The notes under the pieces are model-generated. The model worked only from the letters and a program-made list of their open reading frames with translations. It had not been told where the DNA came from and did no database searches. Source: Vulcanisaeta distributa DSM 14429 (GTDB lineage: Archaea; Thermoproteota; Thermoprotei; Thermoproteales; Thermocladiaceae). Taken from it: DNA of 32,000 nucleotides. How positions within the stretch are numbered: position 1 is the first letter of the stretch; each line of letters starts with the position of its first letter. Below, in pieces: positions 18,408 through 25,937 of the stretch. A program made the translations under genes and the position numbers. The stretch lies in the NCBI RefSeq assembly GCF_000148385.1, contig NC_014537.1, positions 1,680,001-1,712,000 of the forward strand. Direction: 5' to 3'.

Positions 18408-18970
18408 ATTTACAGAAATTAACGGGCTTTTTTTTACTTCGCCTATTCATAAAGAGTGAGTCGAACCGCTTTGTAAGCCTTCTCACCAGCTTAGCCTTTC
18501 ACTCTTATTGATATATTGCCTCGCTCCTCAAAGCACCCTTAACAAGGCTCACTCTCTTCCTTATGCCCTTTGGAATTCGCCGTGTTTAATGCGTTGAGCA
18601 ATAATTCCATCATATTAACACCTTACTTATCAATTTCTTAACTAACTCATCAATATTAGCCATGCATTGGTAAGTAAAAACCCACAGCATTAAATATAAC
18701 CTTTAACTCTCAACCCTACTAAGGGATCATCGAGATTCTTATTGAGAAATTTAATACATCTGAGTGTCAGGAAGTCGTAAGGCGTTAGTACACGTACCTA
18801 CTGAGCACAGTTAGTAAGACCCTGCAAGGTAACTTGATCATTGCGATTTGTTGATTACACACCTAGGGCTTCGCGGAAAGAAGTATTTGATTAATTAAGA
18901 ACGTGAAGGTTAGTATTGCTTAAGCTAGGGTATTGGTTAGGGAGATCGGTAATGCGTTGCAATGATTTTG

Positions 18971-19062
18971 TGGTGGACCGGCCGGGATTTGAACCCGGGA
19001 TCTCCCGCGTTCTTGGGAGCTCCGTGCAAGGCGGGCATCCTTCCAGGCTAGACTACCGGCCC
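18971..19062 (-). tRNA. tRNA-Ala (anticodon UGC) with a 15-nt intron at the canonical 37/38 position, CCA encoded
   Basis: Minus-strand read: GGGCCGGTAGTCTAGCCTGGAAGGATGCCCGCCTTGCA[CGGAGCTCCCAAGAA]CGCGGGAGATCCCGGGTTCAAATCCCGGCCGGTCCACCA. Outside the anticodon loop it is identical to the tRNA at 3163-3239. It carries G3:U70. Confidence 0.9.
19010..19024 (-). other. tRNA intron (15 nt; the boundaries can slide by 1 nt because a C flanks both junctions)
   Basis: Removing it restores the 7-nt loop CTTGCAC. Intron CAAG can pair with loop CTTG to form the central 4-bp helix of a bulge-helix-bulge motif. Confidence 0.8.
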
Positions 19063-19082
19063 AAGGGAAGCCGAGAACCAAG

Positions 19083-19096
19083 AAATTTAAGCTTTT
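19083..19096 (-). promoter_or_regulatory. BRE/TATA-like promoter element of tRNA-Ala(UGC)
   Basis: It has the same AAAAGCTTAAATTT element at the same distance from tRNA position 1 as at 3260-3273. The stop codon of the upstream GNAT gene (19087-19089) lies inside it. Confidence 0.5.
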
Positions 19097-19818
19097 GCCT
19101 GTGTTTTGCCTAGTTCTTTTTCGTAGACTATGAACTTGCCGTAGTAGTTCTCGAAATCGCCGTTTTCCGTGGCCAGTACCTCGGTTTTGGCGGGTATCGT
19201 TGGTGGCCCTACGGAGAATTCACCAAGACCTATACCCCTGCCGATGTATACTTCATTTATCATGGTCATTACAAAGTCCTCGGTGGCCCTCGTACATAAC
19301 CAATGCTTTCTTGTCGTACAGTAAAGTCCGTTTGTTTTCCTCAATGCATTCCTGACCACCTCCCGCATTGCCTCCCCGCGGATTATATCCACCGAACTCG
19401 GCTTTGCCACGCCTGTGAATAAAGTTAGCACTTCGTGAAACCCGAGGGACCTTGCTAGGCGGTGGCTTGGTTCGTTCCAATCGGCGATCATTAACATTGC
19501 GTATTTAATACCGTTTTTGACCGCTTCATTGAGTACGTACTCCGTTAATGCTTTACCAATGCCCATCCGTCTATAGTTGGGGTGAACCCGTAATCCCTCT
19601 AGCCATGCCGTACTTGTCTCCCTAATTAATACCATATTCAACACACCGACCACGTGGTTCTCAATAACCGCCACGTAAGCCGTACCCTCATTAATCCATT
19701 CATTAATGGCGTTAGGCACGTAGTCACCCCACGAGAACGTATTTCTCGTGAATTCAATTATTTGCCCAGCATCGCTGGGTAGTGCCTTCCGTATCGTTAA
19801 TTCAGTCATTATGGTCAC
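19087..19818 (-). CDS. GNAT-family N-acetyltransferase
   Basis: Acetyl-CoA binding motif A: LRVHPNYRRMGIGKALTEYVLNEA. An N-terminal GNAT fold is followed by a C-terminal extension of about 100 aa. Confidence 0.78.
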   Translation of the reverse strand: MTIMTELTIRKALPSDAGQIIEFTRNTFSWGDYVPNAINEWINEGTAYVAVIENHVVGVLNMVLIRETSTAWLEGLRVHPNYRRMGIGKALTEYVLNEAVKNGIKYAMLMIADWNEPSHRLARSLGFHEVLTLFTGVAKPSSVDIIRGEAMREVVRNALRKTNGLYCTTRKHWLCTRATEDFVMTMINEVYIGRGIGLGEFSVGPPTIPAKTEVLATENGDFENYYGKFIVYEKELGKTQAKA

Positions 19819-19881
19819 TGGTTTTATACCTCGATAGTTTTTACCTTTTCCCTATTACCCTGCAATAAAGCACTTAAACAC

Positions 19882-21015
19882 GTGTATGGGTTATCTTCCG
19901 TGGGTTCGTTAACTTTGAGCTTCAGTAATGGTACTCTGATTGTGGAGGGTCCTGCCACGGTTACTGTGGTGAATGGGCAATGTGAGGTGCTGGGTTGTCC
20001 CGTGAGTGGTTCCCTAAGTGTTGAGAGGTTTAGGGCGTTGCCCATATTTGCCAGTGGTTCATGCACGTTATCCATTAGTGGGGGTTCCGTCAGATATGTT
20101 GATGGTAGTACAATACCGAGTGACTGGGATAACCTTAACCTCGAGGGTATTGCCCTAGTCGTTGGTGATATTGATTCTGGTAAGACCACGTTAACCACGT
20201 ACTTACTTAATAGGCATGTGACCAAGGGATTAAGTACATGTATCGTGGATGCCGATGTCGGTCAATCATCAATAGGGCCTCCTGGTGTCATTGGGCTTTC
20301 CTGCGTTGGATTACCAACACCGACCATGGAGGATTTGCATATGATGAGCGGTGTTTTCGTTGGTTGTAATAGTCCATCACAATGTGTTGGTAGGTTTATC
20401 AGTGGGGTTAGCGCCATGGTTAGGGAGGCCTTTAGTAGGACGCCAGGTCTCGTGCTAATTGACATGCCTGGCTGGGTTGTGGATGGTGGTATTGAGTTGA
20501 TAAGGAATGTCGTTGATACGGTCGGCGCAGACTACGTGGTATCCATAGGCATTAATCTACGCCTAAGGTCGGGTGTTAAGGTAATTAACGTCTCTAAGCC
20601 GAAGTATGTAAGGCCCAGGAACCCCGATGAGAGGAGGTTTCTGAGGAATCAGGCCTTACGTAGGTACTTAGGTGGTGAATTAATTAACGTAAGCATTGAG
20701 CTGAATAAAATCATTGGTAACTCGGTGATTGAGTGCATAGTCAATAATTGTGGTCATTACGTAGTTGATAATGTGACCGAGGTCACTAGGCATGGTGGTG
20801 TGGTTAAGGTGCCGTCCAGGCTCCTCAATAATATGTTCATTGGCTTAATACGTAGAGGCTTCCTGGCGGGTTTCGGTGTGATTAAAGAGTTTAACCTTAA
20901 GGAGGGTGTTGCAAATGCCGTCGTAACGACGGACTACTTTGATGATGCTGTTATGGGTAAATTACGCGTCGACCCCGAGAGGCTGGAGGAGATCGAACCA
21001 TTCCCACTACTTTAA
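19882..21015 (+). CDS. Clp1/Grc3-type polynucleotide 5'-hydroxyl kinase
   Basis: An N-terminal beta-rich domain is followed by the P-loop VVGDIDSGKTTLTTYL and the family-specific DADVGQSSIGPPG (DxDxGQ). A later LIDMPGW segment is present. The start codon is GTG. Confidence 0.7.
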   Translation: MYGLSSVGSLTLSFSNGTLIVEGPATVTVVNGQCEVLGCPVSGSLSVERFRALPIFASGSCTLSISGGSVRYVDGSTIPSDWDNLNLEGIALVVGDIDSGKTTLTTYLLNRHVTKGLSTCIVDADVGQSSIGPPGVIGLSCVGLPTPTMEDLHMMSGVFVGCNSPSQCVGRFISGVSAMVREAFSRTPGLVLIDMPGWVVDGGIELIRNVVDTVGADYVVSIGINLRLRSGVKVINVSKPKYVRPRNPDERRFLRNQALRRYLGGELINVSIELNKIIGNSVIECIVNNCGHYVVDNVTEVTRHGGVVKVPSRLLNNMFIGLIRRGFLAGFGVIKEFNLKEGVANAVVTTDYFDDAVMGKLRVDPERLEEIEPFPLL

Positions 21016-22325
21016 TAACCTGAGACGAAGATCACCGTCACGATATTCAGGTTACTGCCGGTCCATCCAGTGCGTATTATGGTGTTTGTTTTTTCGAATA
21101 TAATAGCCGTGTTATTATTACGTAATTCGCCTATGGGATCAATACCCAACTTCATGGCCTCCTCAATTAGGTGACCATCAGCAACACAGCCTGCCGCATC
21201 TATATTACCATCAATACCGTCGGTGGCTATGGAAATCATGGAAACACCATCAACACCCCTAACCGATAAGGCAAAGCCCGTGCACATTTCCGTGGTCCTA
21301 CCACCCCTGCCATTACCAACCACCGTCACTGTCGGCTCACCACCTGATAGTATCAATCCCCTCCTTATTGGGACTCCCCTAAACCTGGCCTCCAGGGCTA
21401 TACTCGCTAGGTACCTACCGACTTCCCTGGCCTCCCCATCCATTCGCGACGTGAGTATTAATGATTCCATACCAAGTGATTTAGCGTAATTTGCCAAGTC
21501 CGTGAGTACATCCATGTTGCTTGCGATCACGTAATTCCACGTGTTAGTTAATTCCTTAGGGGTCTCCTCAATAACGCCTTTTAAGCCCTGTTCAAGGGTG
21601 TCCCTAACCGTACCTGGTACCTTATCCCAAAGACCCCTATTCCTTAGTATGGCTATGGCATCCCTATATGTGGTTGGGTCAGGGACTGTTGGTCCGCTGG
21701 CAACCGTTGCTGGGTCATCACCAGGTACGTCACTGGCTATTAGGGTTATTACCTTACCACCTCTCTTAACTACCTCTCTGGCAAGTCTGCCGCCCTTCGT
21801 CATTGATAGGTGCTTCCTCACGGTATTAATCTCGTGAATAGTGGCTCCGCTTCTTAGGAGTAAGTTGTTGACCTCCCTAATGTCCTCAAGGCTCAGGCCT
21901 CTAATGGGTACCTCAACGAGAGCAGAACCACCACCGCTAATCAGGAATAGTACGTAATCGCCACTCCTAACATTACTAATTAGGTCGAGTATTTTCAAAC
22001 CGGCATTAATACTTGCCTCAGTTGGCAGTGGGTGTGTTGATTCGAGAATCCTTATTTTTCGTAGATTACCTGGCGTTCCCCTGGGGACCACGGCGATACC
22101 GTCAATTATTTTATCGTAGGCCGCATCCTCAATGGCCTTAGCCATCCCTATTGAGCCCTTGCCAATGGCTATGACGTAGAAGTTATTAATTTCGTGCCCC
22201 ATGATCCTTACCTTACCATTATCGACACTAATAGCTCTTGAGGTTCTGAGGTATAAGTCCGAGGACTTAAGAATAAGACCTAGTATATCGCTTAGTAAGT
22301 CACCGCCGAATACGGGAAATACCAC
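21012..22325 (-). CDS. gck: glycerate 2-kinase (DUF4147 + MOFRL family)
   Basis: VIAIGKGSIGMAKA, LFLISGGGSALV, LSGGEPTVTV and ATDGIDG motifs. I prefer the GTG at 22323-22325 (437 aa). The longest ORF (ATG at 22406) would overlap the divergent neighbour by 70 nt. Confidence 0.78.
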   Translation of the reverse strand: MVFPVFGGDLLSDILGLILKSSDLYLRTSRAISVDNGKVRIMGHEINNFYVIAIGKGSIGMAKAIEDAAYDKIIDGIAVVPRGTPGNLRKIRILESTHPLPTEASINAGLKILDLISNVRSGDYVLFLISGGGSALVEVPIRGLSLEDIREVNNLLLRSGATIHEINTVRKHLSMTKGGRLAREVVKRGGKVITLIASDVPGDDPATVASGPTVPDPTTYRDAIAILRNRGLWDKVPGTVRDTLEQGLKGVIEETPKELTNTWNYVIASNMDVLTDLANYAKSLGMESLILTSRMDGEAREVGRYLASIALEARFRGVPIRRGLILSGGEPTVTVVGNGRGGRTTEMCTGFALSVRGVDGVSMISIATDGIDGNIDAAGCVADGHLIEEAMKLGIDPIGELRNNNTAIIFEKTNTIIRTGWTGSNLNIVTVIFVSGY

Positions 22326-22378
22326 GTTAATTATTAGTGGCAATTGATTTTTTAAGGCTTGGGTTGATACCAGACCGT

Positions 22379-22993
22379 ATGATCGACACTGATGGGTTAA
22401 GGGCAAGGTTGAGGGAGCTTGAGGAGGTTAAGGATGAGGTTATTGAGACTGGGGTTAAGGTGAATAGGCTTTCTAAGTCCGTGATATACTCACTAATTAG
22501 GGATGATGTTGAGACAGCGCGCAGGTACATAAGGGAGATGCAAGATCTCGTTAATAAACTAAGGGAGTTAATTGCTAAGTACCCAATGTATTATAATAAT
22601 GCCGTCATTAGTCTCCAGGAGTACGTTGAGGCTATGACCATGTGGTTCTTCATGACCGAAAATAGGATACCGAGCCCAAGCGAGCTAGGTGTCGATGCCG
22701 AGCCCTACATAAACGGCATTGCCGACTTCACGGGCGAGCTTAGTAGGAAGGCGACTGAGGAGATGATTAAGAACAACCTAGACTTCGCGTTAAGGGCTAA
22801 GAAGGTGATGGAGGAGCTTTACCTGGATTTACTCAGTCTAGAGCCCAGGGATTACGAGATGAGGAAGAAGGTTGATTACGTGTCATCAAATATTAACTGG
22901 TTGAATGAAAAGATATTCTACAAGACATTAAATATTAAGGTAGTTCAGGAACCATCATCGAAGAACTCTGACGTAAATAACTCGTTGGAGTAA
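22379..22993 (+). CDS. translin/TRAX (C3PO-like) family protein
   Basis: The protein is all-helical, and YINGIADFTGELSRKATEE resembles the translin-family Y..G..D..GEL.R motif. An ATG start at 22379 leaves a 53-bp AT-rich divergent promoter region. The alternative GTG start is at 22337. Confidence 0.6.
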   Translation: MIDTDGLRARLRELEEVKDEVIETGVKVNRLSKSVIYSLIRDDVETARRYIREMQDLVNKLRELIAKYPMYYNNAVISLQEYVEAMTMWFFMTENRIPSPSELGVDAEPYINGIADFTGELSRKATEEMIKNNLDFALRAKKVMEELYLDLLSLEPRDYEMRKKVDYVSSNINWLNEKIFYKTLNIKVVQEPSSKNSDVNNSLE

Positions 22994-23082
22994 AGCTTAA
23001 AAATTTTCTAAATTTCTCGATCTCGTGACCTCCCTTCACCGGAAATATAGGAAATGAACAAAGTTCCACAGTAAATACAGGT

Positions 23083-24870
23083 GTGAAGCTAAGAAAGGCC
23101 TTAACGTTTTGGGATCTGCTCTTCCTATCAATATCAGGAATGGTTGGTAGTGGGTGGTTATTCGCAGCCTTAGCGGGCGCCGCCTATGCTGGCCCAGCAT
23201 CATTAATATCCTGGCTTTTAGCTGGGGTATTCTTCACATTCATAGGCCTATCATACGCTGAATTAGGCTCAATACTCCCATTTAGTGGTTCACTTGTTCG
23301 TATTGACCACTACGTACACGGCTCAATCTCTAATTACCTACTCGGTTGGGCGTACTTAATTGGTTCAGCCACCACAATATCCATGGAGGCTGAGGCAATA
23401 ATAATGTACACAAATAAGTATTTACCGCTCTTTAGTACCGAGTCTGGCTACTTGACGCCACTTGGTATTTTAACGGCGGCAGCATTAATAGGTATTTTCA
23501 CGGTCATACAAGTAATTGGCGTTAACATATTTGGTAAGATTAATACGGCAATAACCATTTGGAAGTTCATAATACCCACAGCCACAGTAATACTCCTAAT
23601 AACCCTATACCTACACCCGGGTAATTTCACGGCATATGGAGGGTTCGCACCACTGGGTTGGACCGCCGTCTTTACGGCATTAATCCCCAGCGGCATTATC
23701 TGGGCCTATGAGGGATTTAGACAGGCCCTTGAGTACGCTGGTGAAGCCAGGAATCCAAGGCGTGACGTACCGATGGCCCTAGTTCTATCGATAATACTCG
23801 TGGCAATACTATACATGGCATTGGAGATCGCATTTATAGGAGGGATCGACTGGAGCAAGATATACCTGCCTAATAGTAAGGGTCAGTACGTAATCCCAAT
23901 AAAGCCCGGTGACTGGAGCGACCTATTAAACTCTAATTGGGCAGGCTCACCATTCTACTCAGAGCTGTACGTGAGTGGTATCGTAGTTCTTGTACTGTGG
24001 GCCACGATATTGCTGATCGATGCGTGGGTCTCACCCGCGGGTACCATGGGTGTATACATTGGCACAACGGCAAGGAGTCTCTATGGACTTTCAAGGCAGG
24101 GTTACTACCCAAGCATTTTCGGTAATTTACATGAAAAATTCCAGACCCCGTGGTTCTCATTCATAGTTACTTACTTAATAGCCGTACTATTCCTACTGCC
24201 ATTCCCAACCTGGTACCAAATAGTCAGCATATCAACAACAGCGACAATAATTAACTACCTGGCTGGCGGCCCAGCATTAATCATATTAAGGAGGACTGCG
24301 CCGAATATTAATAGGCCGTATAAGGTCCCAATGCCATTACTGGTTGGGTTACTGAGCTTTATAATATCCTCAATGCTCGTTTACTGGACAGGTTGGCCTT
24401 ACCTGGGCTATATATTCGTAATAACGGCCTTCGGCTTACCATTACTAATCCTAGGCTATAGAAAGGTCATTGGCATGGGCTATGGCGAAGCCGTGGCTTT
24501 CTCGGCGATTTTCTGGATCGCGTTAATAATGGTGATTTATTACGGATTCGTAATTAACGCACTACCGTTTTATGAGTATTGGACTGCATTCGCATTAATA
24601 TTAATTGGAGGTATTACGTATCTGTACTATAGGTCGAGGGATGGTTACGTTAGTAGAGAGATTAAGGCGAGTACCTGGTTCATCAGCTACATGATCGTGT
24701 TTGGCGCCTTATCATACATAGGCTCACTGGGCATGGGCTACATACAATACCCGTGGGACTACCTAATTGCGTTGGCTATGTCAATAGTATTCTTCATAAT
24801 AGCAGTGAGACAGGGATTTGAGACTAAGGAGATAAGGCAGGTTAAGGAGGGTAACCTACCCATTGAGTAA
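23083..24870 (+). CDS. APC-superfamily amino acid/polyamine permease with extra C-terminal TM segments
   Basis: N-terminus FWDLLFLSISGMVGSGWLF plus repeated hydrophobic helices with APC-like spacing. Length is 595 aa. The start codon is GTG. Confidence 0.72.
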   Translation: MKLRKALTFWDLLFLSISGMVGSGWLFAALAGAAYAGPASLISWLLAGVFFTFIGLSYAELGSILPFSGSLVRIDHYVHGSISNYLLGWAYLIGSATTISMEAEAIIMYTNKYLPLFSTESGYLTPLGILTAAALIGIFTVIQVIGVNIFGKINTAITIWKFIIPTATVILLITLYLHPGNFTAYGGFAPLGWTAVFTALIPSGIIWAYEGFRQALEYAGEARNPRRDVPMALVLSIILVAILYMALEIAFIGGIDWSKIYLPNSKGQYVIPIKPGDWSDLLNSNWAGSPFYSELYVSGIVVLVLWATILLIDAWVSPAGTMGVYIGTTARSLYGLSRQGYYPSIFGNLHEKFQTPWFSFIVTYLIAVLFLLPFPTWYQIVSISTTATIINYLAGGPALIILRRTAPNINRPYKVPMPLLVGLLSFIISSMLVYWTGWPYLGYIFVITAFGLPLLILGYRKVIGMGYGEAVAFSAIFWIALIMVIYYGFVINALPFYEYWTAFALILIGGITYLYYRSRDGYVSREIKASTWFISYMIVFGALSYIGSLGMGYIQYPWDYLIALAMSIVFFIIAVRQGFETKEIRQVKEGNLPIE

Positions 24871-24881
24871 CCATCTGACCT

Positions 24882-25013
24882 CCTCCCCGCCCTGAAGGGC
24901 GAGGGTTCTTGGTGTTGCTAGTGCGGGGAGGTTTGGGCTACATTCCCGTTTGGGTTCAGCCCCAGGCCTGGTCTTCGGCCCGTTACCCCTATCCCCGCGT
25001 GGGGACTCGGGGT
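24882..25013. ncRNA. candidate structured non-coding RNA (G+C-rich hairpin-dense island); identity and strand unknown
   Basis: By hand count, 24881-25020 is 90/140 G+C (64%), against 19/60 (32%) in the next 60 nt. There is no ORF. At least four stem-loops can be drawn (see findings). Confidence 0.35.
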
Positions 25014-25108
25014 TATGGCTTTAGTTAGAATATTGTATGCACCTACGATGTAACAACGAAACACTTAGGGTTTAAATCAAAATAGTGAATACCTTATGTT
25101 GAATCCTT

Positions 25109-25915
25109 ATGTGTGAGGATGAGGTGTTAAAGGACTTAATACCTAGTGAGGCGTTGCTCATGTTTAAGAGACTCATAGGGAAGGACATTGGTGTTGCCTG
25201 TGACTTCTTAATGAGACATTATAGGGATGAGTATTGGCCTAGAAGAGCTGGCGTAATGCCTCCGTTAAGGAGGGTAAGGAGTAACAACGTGGTTAAGTTG
25301 CCAAGTCCCAAGGGCGTAACTATGACCGTGAGCAACGCGATTATAGCAAGGAGAAGCGCGGGGGACTTCATTGATGAGCCGATAAGTATTGATGACTTGG
25401 CAACGATGTTATTTCTAGGACTGGGTATTACGGGCTGGACCCAGGCCTATGGGTTTGATAAATACCCACTTCGTGCATATCCATCCGCAGGTGCTTTACA
25501 GCCTATTGAGGCTTACCCGGTGGTTCATAACGTGATGGGGCTGAGGGAGGGACTTTACCACTATGACCCGTTCAACCACGCATTGGAAATCCTTAGGTTG
25601 GGTAGGTTTAATTCATTAATGGCTAACTTAGCCCTTGGGCAGGACCACGTCAGTAGGGCGTCAGTGGTCATCGTACTCACGGCATTTTACTCACGAACCC
25701 GGTGGAAGTACTGGAAGAGGGCTTTGAGGTATGTCCTCCTGGATGCAGGTGCAGTCATGGAGAACATATATGTCGTGGCTACTGGGTTGGGGCTTGGTGT
25801 TAGGGCTGTGGGTGCTTTTTATGACGAGGAGTTGTGTAGGTTCCTTGGTATTGACTGTGTTGAGGAGTTTCCCGTACTCTTAATGCTTATTGGTAAGGAG
25901 ACACGTGGTTTTTAA
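25109..25915 (+). CDS. SagB/ThcOx-type nitroreductase-family dehydrogenase
   Basis: RAYPSAGALQPIEAYPVV, then GLYHYDPFNHAL, then YVLLDAGAVMENIYV match the SagB-type dehydrogenase domain pattern. Confidence 0.68.
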   Translation: MCEDEVLKDLIPSEALLMFKRLIGKDIGVACDFLMRHYRDEYWPRRAGVMPPLRRVRSNNVVKLPSPKGVTMTVSNAIIARRSAGDFIDEPISIDDLATMLFLGLGITGWTQAYGFDKYPLRAYPSAGALQPIEAYPVVHNVMGLREGLYHYDPFNHALEILRLGRFNSLMANLALGQDHVSRASVVIVLTAFYSRTRWKYWKRALRYVLLDAGAVMENIYVVATGLGLGVRAVGAFYDEELCRFLGIDCVEEFPVLLMLIGKETRGF

Positions 25916-25937
25916 TTGGGAGTGAATTATTGAATGC

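Larger units (their letters stand above)
18961..19096 (-). repeat. copy 2 of the duplicated tRNA-Ala module (trailer + tRNA + leader/promoter)
   Basis: Identical to 3153-3273 apart from the anticodon loop and the 15-nt intron. Confidence 0.85.

Noticed and set aside
18440-18960. Small ORFs in the long spacer, such as minus-strand MMELLLNALNTANSKGHKEESEPC (24 aa), MANIDELVKKLISKVLI (17 aa) and MIKLPCRVLLTVLSRYVY (18 aa).
   Set aside because: All are very short and lack recognisable promoter spacing or motifs, so they cannot be supported as genes. The region is reported only as unexplained non-coding DNA.
3163-19062. A 15.8-kb segment bounded by directly repeated tRNA-Ala sequence, which superficially resembles attL/attR of an integrated element.
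   Set aside because: Both repeats are complete tRNA genes with different anticodons, not a full gene plus a 3' fragment. The identity extends into the promoter side as well. No integrase, transposase or viral gene lies inside. The interior carries core genes (eS26, metabolic enzymes) with the same composition as the flanks.
18916-19113. A 65-aa plus-strand ORF covering the intron-containing tRNA.
   Set aside because: It is the antisense read-through of a G+C-rich tRNA gene. The tRNA explanation is far stronger.
22325-22406. An apparent 70-nt head-to-head overlap of the glycerate kinase and translin-like ORFs when the longest ORFs are taken.
   Set aside because: It is most simply explained by over-extended starts. 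GTG 22325 and ATG 22379 give typical protein lengths and leave an AT-rich 53-bp divergent promoter region.
24882-25013. Assigning the G+C-rich island to a known RNA class (RNase P RNA, SRP RNA, split or permuted tRNA half, C/D or H/ACA guide).
   Set aside because: On either strand I found no GNAANNUC-type CR-I, no helix-8 GGAAGCAGCC-like motif, no T-arm GTTCRAATC with an acceptor stem, no RUGAUGA/CUGA box pairs with correct spacing, and no ACA directly 3' of a stem. I keep it only as an unclassified candidate.
25015-25053. A 12-codon ORF (MALVRILYAPTM) just upstream of the SagB-like gene, considered as a possible RiPP precursor.
   Set aside because: It has no Cys/Ser-rich core or leader-like region and no cyclodehydratase nearby. 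It also overlaps the end of the G+C-rich island, so a chance ORF is more likely.
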